Shown in pieces: positions 8,889 to 17,683 of a stretch of DNA of 64,000 nt. Source of the stretch: Bacillota bacterium. GTDB lineage: Bacteria > Bacillota > Clostridia > Christensenellales > CAG-138. A program made the translations under genes and the position numbers. Location of the stretch: NCBI GenBank assembly GCA_023426265.1, contig JAFABA010000165.1, positions 3,453 through 67,452 of the forward strand, in the 5' to 3' direction. Below the pieces are notes generated by a model. That model was not told the DNA's origin, ran no database searches, and saw nothing but the letters and a program-made list of their open reading frames with translations. Numbering within the stretch: position 1 is the stretch's first letter; every line of letters begins with the position of its first letter.

Positions 8889-9458
8889 TTGCAGCGCTGT
8901 GACTGGTGTACATCTGATGAACCGTATATCCGGTACCACGACGAGGAATGGGGCGTGCCCGTACATGACGACCGGAAGCATTTTGAGTTTCTTGTGCTTG
9001 AAAGCGCGCAAGCGGGGTTAAACTGGTACACCGTGCTCAAAAAGCGGGAAAACTACCGCAAAGCATACGACGGCTTCGACCCGGAAAAGGTTGCCCAATA
9101 TGATGAGGTCAAGGTAGAAGCTTTGCTTCAGGATGCGGGGATTATCCGCAACCGAAAAAAGATTGAAGCTTCCATTACAAACGCCCGGGTGTTTCTGGAC
9201 ATCCGGCGCGAATTCGGCAGCTTTGACAATTACATCTGGAGCTTTGTAGGCGGAAAACCCGTGGTGGGCAACTACGACTCGCTTAAGGATGTGCCGGCGA
9301 CCACTGAGCTTTCCGACGCGGTAAGCAAGGATCTGAAAAAGCGCGGCATGCGCTTCTTCGGCTCCACCATCGCATATGCGCACCTGCAGGCCACCGGCAT
9401 CGTGAACGACCATACGAATTACTGCTTCCGCAAAGAGGAATGCATCGCAATGGGATAA
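8889..9458 (+). CDS. tag: DNA-3-methyladenine glycosylase I
   Basis: CDWCTSDEPYIRYHDEEWGVPVHDDRKHFEFLVLESAQAGLNWYTVLKKRENYRKAYDGFD. The start codon is TTG. Confidence 0.9.
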   Translation: MQRCDWCTSDEPYIRYHDEEWGVPVHDDRKHFEFLVLESAQAGLNWYTVLKKRENYRKAYDGFDPEKVAQYDEVKVEALLQDAGIIRNRKKIEASITNARVFLDIRREFGSFDNYIWSFVGGKPVVGNYDSLKDVPATTELSDAVSKDLKKRGMRFFGSTIAYAHLQATGIVNDHTNYCFRKEECIAMG

Positions 9459-9484
9459 ATTTTTTCAAGCTTATATTGTTTTCC

Positions 9485-9517
9485 AAGGCGCAGCTCCGGC
9501 TGCGCCTTAAAATTTTT
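9485..9517 (+). terminator. Rho-independent terminator of tag
   Basis: AAGGCGCAGC-TCCG-GCTGCGCCTT followed by AAAATTTTT. Confidence 0.6.
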
Positions 9518-9734
9518 CAGCCTCAGAAGTGGCAGACTTTTTCCCGAAATGGAAGCGCACGCCATGTAAACATTTGCTGTCCGCGTCCTTCAATAAGCAA
9601 ATTTGCTCTCAGCCATACTAAGGTAGCCTGATGAATCAGGTTTACTTGAAAACGGAGACAGCCGGAACGACCGCTTGAACGCGGATGATCCACGGAGCTG
9701 AATCTTTTTTTCTGTTTTTCGCATAGTATGGGGT

Positions 9735-10511
9735 ATGCCGGTGTTATTTGCCCGGCTTGCCAAGGAGAGTGATCATGTGCTGACGCGCAGGATTGAAATA
9801 GGAGAATACGAAGTAGACGTAAAACGCCTGCTGGAACGGAGGCTGAACCAGACCGCCCACTCTTTCACGCTTACGCCCAATGGACAAAGCGTGATTGCGG
9901 AACTGGACGATCCCGGCGGGCTGGATGCGCTTTCCATCGCGCTTGCGTTGCTGTTGTGCCGCGACCTCTGCCAGTATGAGCTGGCCAAATTCACCAACCG
10001 CCTTCCGCTGACTCTGGTGGAAAAGCAGGCGGTGCTTTCGGACGCCATCCGCTGCGCGCGAAGGGTGGAGCGCCCGGGCGCCGTGCGGCGCGCCATCAAG
10101 AGCTATTTGGAAGAAGAAGAAAGCCTGCATCTTTCGGGCTATATGCGCTTCCGCATGCCGGACACCATGAATTCCTGGCGGCTGTGCGTGCAGAGTGCAT
10201 CCGAAGAGCTGCTGCTGGAAAAGGAATATCTGGAGCTGATGGGCGTGCTGCGCGCGTTCGTGCAGGTGAAGCCGACCAGGGTACGGGAGGTTTCCCTTTT
10301 GCTGCACCCCGACGGCTCCTGCACGTTAACCGATGAAAGCGACGCCCGCATCGATTACGATGCGGCAGCCGACCCGGACCGGCTCATCAGCATGCTGGTG
10401 GATCTGGCGCCCGAACGCCTGACGGTATACGACCTTTCAAGCGAGCAGGGCTCGGAGCTGACGGAAATGCTCGCACGCGTATTTGCGGGGCGGGTCCGGT
10501 TTGTGAGATAA
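9735..10511 (+). CDS. ytxC: YtxC-like sporulation protein
   Basis: Located immediately upstream of T-box-thrS, as in Bacillus. It carries an SGYMRFRM motif, and its size of about 260 aa fits the family. Confidence 0.6.
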   Translation: MPVLFARLAKESDHVLTRRIEIGEYEVDVKRLLERRLNQTAHSFTLTPNGQSVIAELDDPGGLDALSIALALLLCRDLCQYELAKFTNRLPLTLVEKQAVLSDAIRCARRVERPGAVRRAIKSYLEEEESLHLSGYMRFRMPDTMNSWRLCVQSASEELLLEKEYLELMGVLRAFVQVKPTRVREVSLLLHPDGSCTLTDESDARIDYDAAADPDRLISMLVDLAPERLTVYDLSSEQGSELTEMLARVFAGRVRFVR

Positions 10512-10695
10512 CCATTTGAGTGAAGATTGGGCTGTTTAGCGCGCGCTGAATATCCATTCAAAAGCGCGCCAAGACAGCCCGTTTCTGCCTTGTGTTATAT
10601 CAAAGGAGGCCAAGCTATGCCGATTCGTGCCGCCGCGTTCACCAATGCCTGACGCTTAAAACGTCGGTTTTTTCTGAAATCCTTTTTGCTTTTGG

Positions 10696-10724
10696 TTGAC
10701 GGCGCAAAAGACCGGGTATATAAT
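10696..10724 (+). promoter_or_regulatory. Sigma-A type promoter of the thrS leader
   Basis: TTGACG (10696..10701), a 17-nt spacer, then TATAAT (10719..10724). Confidence 0.65.
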
Positions 10725-10730
10725 ACGCAG

Positions 10731-10948
10731 TATATGAGATGACTTTGGAAGAGTACCGCCTATCTTTCGGGCATTCAGAGAGGAAGCGCCCCGGCTGCAA
10801 GCGCATCCTGCCCATCGGACGGGAAAACCACCCAGACGATCATAACGGGTTGCGCCGATATCCGCAAAATGAGTGGTTTTATACAACTAGGGTGGAACCG
10901 CGGGAAAGAATACCCGTCCCTTGGCAGAATTGTCAGGGGACTTTTTTT
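10731..10948 (+). promoter_or_regulatory. T-box riboswitch leader (threonine specifier) with terminator
   Basis: AGATGA K-turn, CAGAGAG AG-box, distal GCTGCAA. The specifier is GAAA-ACC-A (ACC at 10827..10829). The T-box sequence is CAACTAGGGTGGAACCGCG (10885..10903). The terminator stem is GTCCCTTG/CAGGGGAC plus T7 (10916..10948). Confidence 0.85.
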
Positions 10949-10983
10949 ATGAACTGAAAAGAAAACCGTTATTTAGGAGGAGA

Positions 10984-12894
10984 ATGAATATGAAAATCAC
11001 GTTCCCGGATGGAAGCGCGCGCGAATACGCAAACGGTACGACGGCGCTGCAGATCGCGGCGGATATCAGCCCCCGTCTTGCAAAGGCGACCCTCGTATGC
11101 GAGCTGGACGGCAAACTGTATGACGCCTTCCGCCCCATTGAAGGCGACCATACCGTTAAGTTTTTGGATTGGAACGAGGAAGGCGGCCGCTGGGGCTACC
11201 GCCATACCGCCTCGCATATCCTGGCGCAGGCCGTCAAGCGCCTGTTTCCGGATGTGACGCTCGCCATCGGCCCCGCGATAGACAACGGCTTCTACTATGA
11301 CTTTGACAAGCCGGAGCCCTTCTCCGCGGACGACCTCGCGAAGATTGAGGCGGAGATGGAGCGCATTTCCAAAGAGGATTTCAAGCTGGAGCGTTTTGAG
11401 CTGCCGCGTGCGGAGGCGATCGCCTACATGCAGCAAAAGAACGAGCCGTACAAGGTAGAATTGATCAACGACCTCCCCGAGGACAGCATTATCAGCTTCT
11501 ACAAGCAGGGCGACTTTGTAGATCTGTGCGCCGGCCCGCATATGCAGTCTACCGGCAAGGTGAAAAACTTCAAGCTGATGAGCCTGGCCGGCGCCTACTG
11601 GCGCGGCAGTGAAAAAAACAAGATGCTCCAGCGCATTTACGGCACGGCGTTTGAAAAGAAAGCGGACCTTGACGAATACCTGTTCCGCATGGAGGAAGCG
11701 AAAAAACGCGACCACCGCAAGCTGGGGCGCGAACTCGACCTGTTTGACCTCCACGACGAAGGCCCGGGCTTCCCGTTCTTCTACCCCAACGGCATGATAT
11801 TAAGGAACGGCCTGGAGAGCTTCTGGCGCGCCGAGCACCATAAGCGCGGGTACAAGGAGATCCGCACGCCCATTATTTTGAACCGCGACCTGTGGCTCAG
11901 GTCCGGTCACTGGGACCATTACCAGAACAACATGTACTTCACCAAAATAGACGATATGGATTATGCGGTGAAGCCTATGAACTGCCCGGGCGCGATATTG
12001 ACCTACAAGCGCAAAATCTATTCCTACCGCGACCTGCCCGAGCGCCTGGCGGAGCTTGGCCTGGTGCACCGTCATGAGCTTTCCGGCGCGCTGCACGGGC
12101 TGATGCGCGTAAGATGCTTCACGCAGGACGACGCGCACATATTCATGACGCCGGAGCAGATCAAGCCCGAGTTGCTGGGCGTGATTGAAAAGTTCCAGTT
12201 TTTCTACGATACGTTCGGCTTCAAATACAGCGTGGAGCTTTCCACCAGGCCGGAAAACAGCATGGGCTCCGACGAGCAGTGGGAGACCGCCACAGAAGGC
12301 CTACGCGCGGCGCTCGATGCCAGCGGCCTGCCCTATAAAGTCAACGAGGGCGACGGCGCGTTCTACGGCCCGAAGATCGATTTCCATCTGGAGGACGCCA
12401 TCGGCCGTACCTGGCAGTGCGGTACCATACAGCTTGATTTCCAGATGCCCGAGCGCTTTGACCTAACGTATGTGGGGGCGGACAATGAGAAGCACCGCCC
12501 GGTCATGATCCATACGGTTGTATATGGCTCCATCGAGCGGTTTATCGCTGTGTTGACGGAGCATTGTGCGGGCGCGTTCCCCGCATGGCTCTCCCCGGTG
12601 CAGGTCAAGGTTCTCACCATCACCGATCGCGTGAGCGCGCGCGCGGAAGAACTGCGCGACACGCTGCGCGAAAAAGGTATCCGCGCGGAGGCGGATTTAA
12701 GGAACGAGAAGATCGGCTTCAAGATCCGCGAGGCACAGATGCAGAAGGTGCCCTACATGCTGGTGATCGGCGATAAGGAAGCCGAGCAGAATGTGGTGGC
12801 CGTCCGCTCCCGCAGCGAAGGCGACCTTGGCACGATGTCTCTCGAAGATTTCCTTGCCCGTTTGGAGAACGAAATCTCAGGCAAAAAGAACTAA
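10984..12894 (+). CDS. thrS: Threonine--tRNA ligase
   Basis: TGS, editing and class II core motifs (HRKLGRELDLF, FRAEHHKRGYKEIRTP, RVRCFTQDDAHIF). The track ORF start at 10921 reads through the T-box terminator. The true start is ATG 10984 or 10990, downstream of AGGAGG. Confidence 0.95.
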   Translation: MNMKITFPDGSAREYANGTTALQIAADISPRLAKATLVCELDGKLYDAFRPIEGDHTVKFLDWNEEGGRWGYRHTASHILAQAVKRLFPDVTLAIGPAIDNGFYYDFDKPEPFSADDLAKIEAEMERISKEDFKLERFELPRAEAIAYMQQKNEPYKVELINDLPEDSIISFYKQGDFVDLCAGPHMQSTGKVKNFKLMSLAGAYWRGSEKNKMLQRIYGTAFEKKADLDEYLFRMEEAKKRDHRKLGRELDLFDLHDEGPGFPFFYPNGMILRNGLESFWRAEHHKRGYKEIRTPIILNRDLWLRSGHWDHYQNNMYFTKIDDMDYAVKPMNCPGAILTYKRKIYSYRDLPERLAELGLVHRHELSGALHGLMRVRCFTQDDAHIFMTPEQIKPELLGVIEKFQFFYDTFGFKYSVELSTRPENSMGSDEQWETATEGLRAALDASGLPYKVNEGDGAFYGPKIDFHLEDAIGRTWQCGTIQLDFQMPERFDLTYVGADNEKHRPVMIHTVVYGSIERFIAVLTEHCAGAFPAWLSPVQVKVLTITDRVSARAEELRDTLREKGIRAEADLRNEKIGFKIREAQMQKVPYMLVIGDKEAEQNVVAVRSRSEGDLGTMSLEDFLARLENEISGKKN

Positions 12895-12917
12895 GATAAG
12901 CACATAGCATGAGATAA

Positions 12918-12953
12918 GGCCGCGCCGGGCTATAAAGCCTGGCGCGGTCTTTT
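12918..12953 (+). terminator. Rho-independent terminator of thrS
   Basis: GGCCGCGCCGGGCT-ATAA-AGCCTGGCGCGGTC (two G.U pairs) followed by TTTT. Confidence 0.7.
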
Positions 12954-12956
12954 AGC

Positions 12957-13143
12957 TTGTCGAAAAAGTGCCAAGGCACTTTTTCGAGGATTACAGGAAC
13001 AACCTGTGCCCATGGCACGGGCGGTTGTTCCTGCAAGGAAAGCCTTGCGACGCAAGGCTTTCCGCCGCCACCGCACATGTCGCTGGCGGCGGTTGGAAGC
13101 TCCGGAGGCTCCCCGAATCTCCAGGGTCTTTTTGACAGACTGT
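12957..13143. repeat. Cluster of consecutive hairpins bracketed by two copies of the terminator palindrome
   Basis: CGAAAAAGTGCC-AA-GGCACTTTTTCG; GGAACAACCTGTGCC-CAT-GGCACGGGCGGTTGTTCC; GAAAGCCTTGCG-ACG-CAAGGCTTTC; CCGCCGCCA..TGGCGGCGG. A second terminator-like copy lies at 13144..13177. Confidence 0.55.
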
Positions 13144-13369
13144 AAGGCCAGGGCTATAGAGCCCGGCGCGGCCTTTTATTCCAATGCAGCTCGGCAGAGT
13201 TTTATATGCGGATTTCTTAAAATATCATTAGTTGTAATTGTTTTCAACCCTATCATAGCAACTTATAATGAATATAAGTTCACATTCGGTTCACAAAACT
13301 TTTATATCAGACGCACAGGATACCCCGCTGAGGGTTCCAAACAATAACGACCATGAAAGGGTGAAATGC

Positions 13370-14245
13370 ATGCACAAAGGGCCGCGCTACCTCATTTTCT
13401 TACTATTGCTTCCCGTTTTCCTCTTAGCGGGCTGTGTGAGCAACACGTACGCAAAGTTCGACGGCGACCTCGCGCTGATAAAGGAAAACGTCACAAAAAC
13501 AGAGCAAATTTCCGACAAACTTGCGGAAATCTGCAACGACCAGATTGAGGACGCCGAATTATACTGGAAAGCGCATGATTCGGCGCTCCAAAACGGTGAA
13601 ATGTTCGACCCCGAAGACAACTATGACGAAGTAAAAGCGACATACGACGAACTCACGCAGCAGATTGGGCTGCTTGAAACCGTAAGCGGTTCTTACGCGC
13701 CTCCTTCCACGGGGGAGGATTCTTTTGACAAAACCGCTGCGGTCTACTTGCTTTACCTTGGCGATATCCGTCAATCCGCCGAGGATATGAGGCTGGTGTT
13801 CGACTACTATTTTGCCATGCGCGACGCGCTGGAGCCCTTTGAAAATTTCTCCTATGCGGAAAACACCACCGGCTATAACGATTATGCCCTCATGGCCGGG
13901 CAGCTTTCCCAGGTGATTTCACAGACCCAGCAAGCGCTCAAGGAAGTCGATTGCCCGCCCTTTATGCAGAGCAGCCATGATGCGCTTTTGGTCCGGATCG
14001 ACGAAATGCAGGGCTTCAGCCAGGACTTTTCCGTAGCGGTTCAGATGGGCGACGTTCTGCGTCTGACCTCCAGCGTCTATAGATCCGACCGCATCAACAA
14101 GCTCATCAATCAATGCGACCGCAACCTGGACGAGGATTTCACCCTGCAGTTCCAGCACGCCGTCGACCGACTCAATGGCCGCGTGGTGGCCATGCGCAAG
14201 GAGCTTCTTTCCAACATCGACATCCTGCAAAAGGCGACTGCCTAA
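13370..14245 (+). CDS. Hypothetical lipoprotein
   Basis: Start refined to MHKGPRYLIFLLLLPVFLLAGC (lipobox LLAGC). The remainder is helical and acidic, with no recognised domain. Confidence 0.65.
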   Translation: MHKGPRYLIFLLLLPVFLLAGCVSNTYAKFDGDLALIKENVTKTEQISDKLAEICNDQIEDAELYWKAHDSALQNGEMFDPEDNYDEVKATYDELTQQIGLLETVSGSYAPPSTGEDSFDKTAAVYLLYLGDIRQSAEDMRLVFDYYFAMRDALEPFENFSYAENTTGYNDYALMAGQLSQVISQTQQALKEVDCPPFMQSSHDALLVRIDEMQGFSQDFSVAVQMGDVLRLTSSVYRSDRINKLINQCDRNLDEDFTLQFQHAVDRLNGRVVAMRKELLSNIDILQKATA

Positions 14246-14258
14246 GGAGGGAAAATAG

Positions 14259-15719
14259 ATGCATTGCACGAATTGCGGCAGCCGGTTGCCTGAAACCGGA
14301 AAATTCTGCCCCGCCTGCGGCGCGCCGATGCCCGCGCAACCGGTTCCGGAGCAAGAACCCGTAAAACAGGTTTCTCCGCCTGAACCGGCAGTTCCAGAGG
14401 TTGAACCGACCACCCCGCCTCCCGCGCCCCCAGATGCAAGCGCGTGGCGGCAGCCCGAACCTCCCCAACCGATAAGACCCATGGAGCAGGATCTTGTACG
14501 TATGCCGCCGCAGCCCATACAGTCCATGCCTGGGCCGCAGCATCCGGTACAGGCTCCGGGCGCAAGCATACCCATTATGATTACGCCGCCGCCACAGAAA
14601 AAGCGTTCCGCGCTTCCGGCCATACTGATCGCCGCGGTATTGCTCATCGGAGGAGCGGCGGCAGCGTTCCTGCTGCTCAAAGGCGGGGCCGGCGGCAAGC
14701 TGCCCGAGGTCACCTATACCGATTTTTCCGCTGTGACCAATCCCGAAATCGAATATACGGTACAGGAGGCCATATTCCCCTCCCTGTACCGGACGCTTGA
14801 CTCTGTGGTGACGCTTACCGGCTCCAACGAAGTCGGCGAGCGCGACGTGCTGATACATGTGGAAATACCCGGCTTTACGCAGCCGTATGAGCAGACTGTG
14901 ACTTTTTCCCGCCAGATCACCAAGATCGACATCCACCCCCCGCTGCTTACGGGCGAGATGAATCTCAACACCGAAAAGGACGCACAGGTCGTCATCTCCG
15001 TCAAGGACATGGAGACGGATAAGGTCCTGCTGCAGGACAGCAGGAATATCCGTATCATGAGCAAGTACGACGCCGTCTGGTGGACCGAGGAGATGGGCGA
15101 CAGCAACATGGACAACATACTCGCCTGGATGACGCCGGACTCCGCAAGCGTGCTGGAGTTAAAGCGGCAGGCGATTGATTACCTCGACTATGTTTCCGGC
15201 GGTACCGCAAACTCCTTCATCGGGTATCAGGATTATGGCATCTGGGAAAATCCCATGTGGAATACCTGGCTGCAGGCGGTGGCCATACAGGGCGCCATGA
15301 GCGATATCGCGCTGATCCGGTACAACAACGCCGCTTTCTCCATCAGCACCGACGCCCAGCAGCGCGTCATGCTGCCGGAAGACGTCATGAAGAGCAAAAG
15401 CGGCATCTGCATTGAAACATCGCTGCTCATGGCGTCGGCCCTGCAATCCGCAGGTATGCACGTGATGCTGATCTTCCCGCCGGGGCACGCGCAGGTGGCG
15501 GTGGAAGCCTGGCCCGGCACGGGCGAATATTTCCTGATTGAAACCACCACGCTTCCCATGCCCATGAATGAGGAAGCCTGGGATCAAACCGTTATGTACC
15601 TTACCAACGACCAGTGGCAGGGATATATCGACGGCACCGCCGATTATTCGTATGGCGAATGCTATGTGCTCGACTGCGACCTTGCCCAGAAGCTCAACAT
15701 CCTGCCCATGAGCAACTAG
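14259..15719 (+). CDS. Zinc-ribbon / Pro-rich / single-TM protein with an extracytoplasmic transglutaminase-like core
   Basis: N-terminal MHCTNCGSRLPETGKFCPACGAPM zinc ribbon, a Pro-rich linker and the TM helix LPAILIAAVLLIGGAAAAFLLL. The C-terminal GICIETSLLMASALQSAGMHVMLIFPPGHAQVAVEAW resembles a Cys/His transglutaminase-like core. Confidence 0.55.
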   Translation: MHCTNCGSRLPETGKFCPACGAPMPAQPVPEQEPVKQVSPPEPAVPEVEPTTPPPAPPDASAWRQPEPPQPIRPMEQDLVRMPPQPIQSMPGPQHPVQAPGASIPIMITPPPQKKRSALPAILIAAVLLIGGAAAAFLLLKGGAGGKLPEVTYTDFSAVTNPEIEYTVQEAIFPSLYRTLDSVVTLTGSNEVGERDVLIHVEIPGFTQPYEQTVTFSRQITKIDIHPPLLTGEMNLNTEKDAQVVISVKDMETDKVLLQDSRNIRIMSKYDAVWWTEEMGDSNMDNILAWMTPDSASVLELKRQAIDYLDYVSGGTANSFIGYQDYGIWENPMWNTWLQAVAIQGAMSDIALIRYNNAAFSISTDAQQRVMLPEDVMKSKSGICIETSLLMASALQSAGMHVMLIFPPGHAQVAVEAWPGTGEYFLIETTTLPMPMNEEAWDQTVMYLTNDQWQGYIDGTADYSYGECYVLDCDLAQKLNILPMSN

Positions 15720-15753
15720 GTATGCCCGGCTTTTTCAGACTAATCTTATACGT

Positions 15754-15791
15754 AAAACAGGCCGCGCGGCAATCCCGCGTGGCCTGTTTTT
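15754..15791 (+). terminator. Rho-independent terminator
   Basis: AAACAGGCCGCGCGG-CAAT-CCCGCGTGGCCTGTTT followed by a T-run. Confidence 0.7.
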
Positions 15792-15884
15792 CCTATCTTT
15801 ACCCTCCATGCATGCCTCAAAAAAAGGCTTGCAAAGCGTGAGCGGTTTGAGCTATAATATCATCGTTGCCCTGAAAACAGACAT

Positions 15885-15960
15885 GCTGATGTAGCTCAGT
15901 CGGTAGAGCACCTCATTGGTAATGAGGAGGTAGGCAGTTCGAATCTGCTCATCAGCTCCA
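15885..15960 (+). tRNA. tRNA-Thr (anticodon GGU)
   Basis: Cloverleaf folded by hand. Acceptor GCTGATG/CATCAGC, D-arm TAGCTCAGTCGGTAGAGCA, anticodon stem CCTCA/TGAGG with loop TTGGTAA, T-arm GGCAGTTCGAATCTGCT, discriminator T, encoded CCA. A TATAAT box sits at 15854..15859. Confidence 0.95.
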
Positions 15961-15972
15961 GATGAACGAGGG

Positions 15973-16013
15973 TCGGAATCTGAACACTTATGTCCAGATT
16001 CCGATTTTCTTTT
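15973..16013 (+). terminator. Terminator of the tRNA gene
   Basis: TCGGAATCTG-N12-CAGATTCCGA followed by TTTTCTTTT. Confidence 0.6.
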
Positions 16014-16062
16014 ATTTAGAATTGTCGAGAACAACTAGCTTTTTGCGTGGTATGCGTGTGAA

Positions 16063-17540
16063 ATCAAACTGGACACGAAATAGGAAAACCTCGAAAAGGC
16101 GCATGTAAAAACGGAAATCGGGAACTGATCCGAACCCTATTGTCCATTGTCCCAGTACAGCTTTTCAGCTTTATCAGGCGACTTATATTGTAACGCGGAA
16201 TGCGGCCGTTCGGCATTGTAGAATTTCATATAGTCATCGAGGCAACGCAACATATCCGCCGCCGAACGGTATTTATGTCGATAGAGTTCCTCCTTTTTGA
16301 GAATTGAAAAAAAGGCTTCGCATACAGCATTGTCATGAGGCTTGCCAGGACGCGATAGAGATTGTACCACGCTGCTTTGTTTAAGTAACCCTCTGAAGGC
16401 AAATGAAAGATACTGCTTGCCGCGGTCGCTATGAAATATCAAACCGGGTAAAGGCTTCCTTTGTGTGTACGCTTGCTTGAAGGTACCGCAAACAAGCTGT
16501 GTGCTGTTGGTTTTAGAAACTTTATAAGCGACAATTTTTCGTGAGTAAAGGTCAACGATCGCGCAAGTGTAATAATAGCAGTCATGAAATTTGAACGCCG
16601 TAACATCGCTTGCCCATATCTTATTGGGAGCATCTGTTTGAAAGCGTTGCTGCAATATGTTTTTGTTTTCGCCCTTTTCCCATTTCTCATATTCATGCTT
16701 AGCTTGCGGGCTTACGCTATGCAAATCCATTTCCTGCATCAACAATCGCATAAGTTTTGGGCTAACCCGGTAGCCCTGCTCTCGTAACACGGCGGCAATC
16801 TTTCGTGCACCATAAATTTGGCAACTGCCGTCGAAAATCTCCTTGACCATTGGCCGTAGCATTTCCCGCCATTGTGAATTGAGCGATTGATCCCGCCTGT
16901 TTCGCAAAATATGATTATAGAATGTTCCTCGAGGCACCTCTAATGCTTGGCATAATTCATATACGCTGTATTTCTGCCCATGTAGGGCTTCTAGCGCCAT
17001 GAGCCTTTCTTGAAGAGGTGAATCTACATTGCAATCAACAGTTTTTAGGATTTCTAATATGTTTTCGAGTTTTTGTGCATGCCGTTTTACACCGTTATAA
17101 TCTTGAATAGTGATGGCTTTACCATTGTTAGTAACAATTTTATTGTGTTGGCTGATCCATGAATATAAGGTGCTTCGTGCAATTCCCGCCTCTCTGCAAA
17201 TGTGTGCCACGGACTCTCCGCTGTGATAGCGGGTCATTAGCTGCTGCTTGCATTCGGGGGTGTACTTCATGTTACCTCCTATTAGTGAATTATAATATTT
17301 GCCGATATAGAAAGAACCGGCATTATGTTATAATACCAAATGAAGCATAAATAGGCTGTTTGGAAGATGTAGAAAAGCCGCTGCTAGTGATATGAATCTT
17401 TGGCTTAAAATTTATAACCCTAAAAGAAATTAGCGGTCGAAGAATCACTGTGGCCGCTAATCCTACTGTAAATACGCATTGACGGAATATTGGACACTTT
17501 TTAATAGAAATGTCCACTAGTCCGTTAGTCACTTCTATCT
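16063..17540 (-). mobile_element. IS3-family insertion sequence (ends only approximate)
   Basis: Contains the transposase gene. Weakly matching terminal segments are ACTGGACA (about 16066) and the complement of AGTGGACA (about 17530). The inverted repeats could not be defined confidently. Confidence 0.4.
16137..17270 (-). CDS. IS3-family transposase (HTH plus DDE/rve domain in one 377-aa frame)
   Basis: N-terminal HTH (SVAHICREAGIARSTLYSWI), a second HTH (SVYELCQALEVPRGTFYNH), and a DDE core (WASDVT...HSDRGKQY...KPHDNAVCEAFFSILKKE...YNAERPHSAL). Confidence 0.9.
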   Translation of the reverse strand: MKYTPECKQQLMTRYHSGESVAHICREAGIARSTLYSWISQHNKIVTNNGKAITIQDYNGVKRHAQKLENILEILKTVDCNVDSPLQERLMALEALHGQKYSVYELCQALEVPRGTFYNHILRNRRDQSLNSQWREMLRPMVKEIFDGSCQIYGARKIAAVLREQGYRVSPKLMRLLMQEMDLHSVSPQAKHEYEKWEKGENKNILQQRFQTDAPNKIWASDVTAFKFHDCYYYTCAIVDLYSRKIVAYKVSKTNSTQLVCGTFKQAYTQRKPLPGLIFHSDRGKQYLSFAFRGLLKQSSVVQSLSRPGKPHDNAVCEAFFSILKKEELYRHKYRSAADMLRCLDDYMKFYNAERPHSALQYKSPDKAEKLYWDNGQ

Positions 17541-17683
17541 GACTGGTCGTCTGTATAACGCTCCACAAGAAAATGGCGAGAGACTAAAGAATTGGCTTGC
17601 AGCTTTTATCCTTCTTATGTGAGAAACTAGGGCACTAAGGCTCTCATTATTGGGAAGCCTTATAGTTCCCATTTTCCAAACTG

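Noticed and set aside
10921-10983. N-terminal extension of thrS in the track (MAELSGDFFYELKRKPLFRRR)
   Set aside because: This stretch is the T-box terminator and its U-tract. The real start follows the AGGAGG at 10975.
16021-17568. Attempt to define IS3 terminal inverted repeats and target-site duplication, and ORF 17323..17568(-) as a possible orfA
   Set aside because: Only weak 7-of-8 matches were found at the candidate ends. The 81-aa ORF has no HTH or leucine zipper, and the HTH is already in the 377-aa frame. The ends are left approximate.
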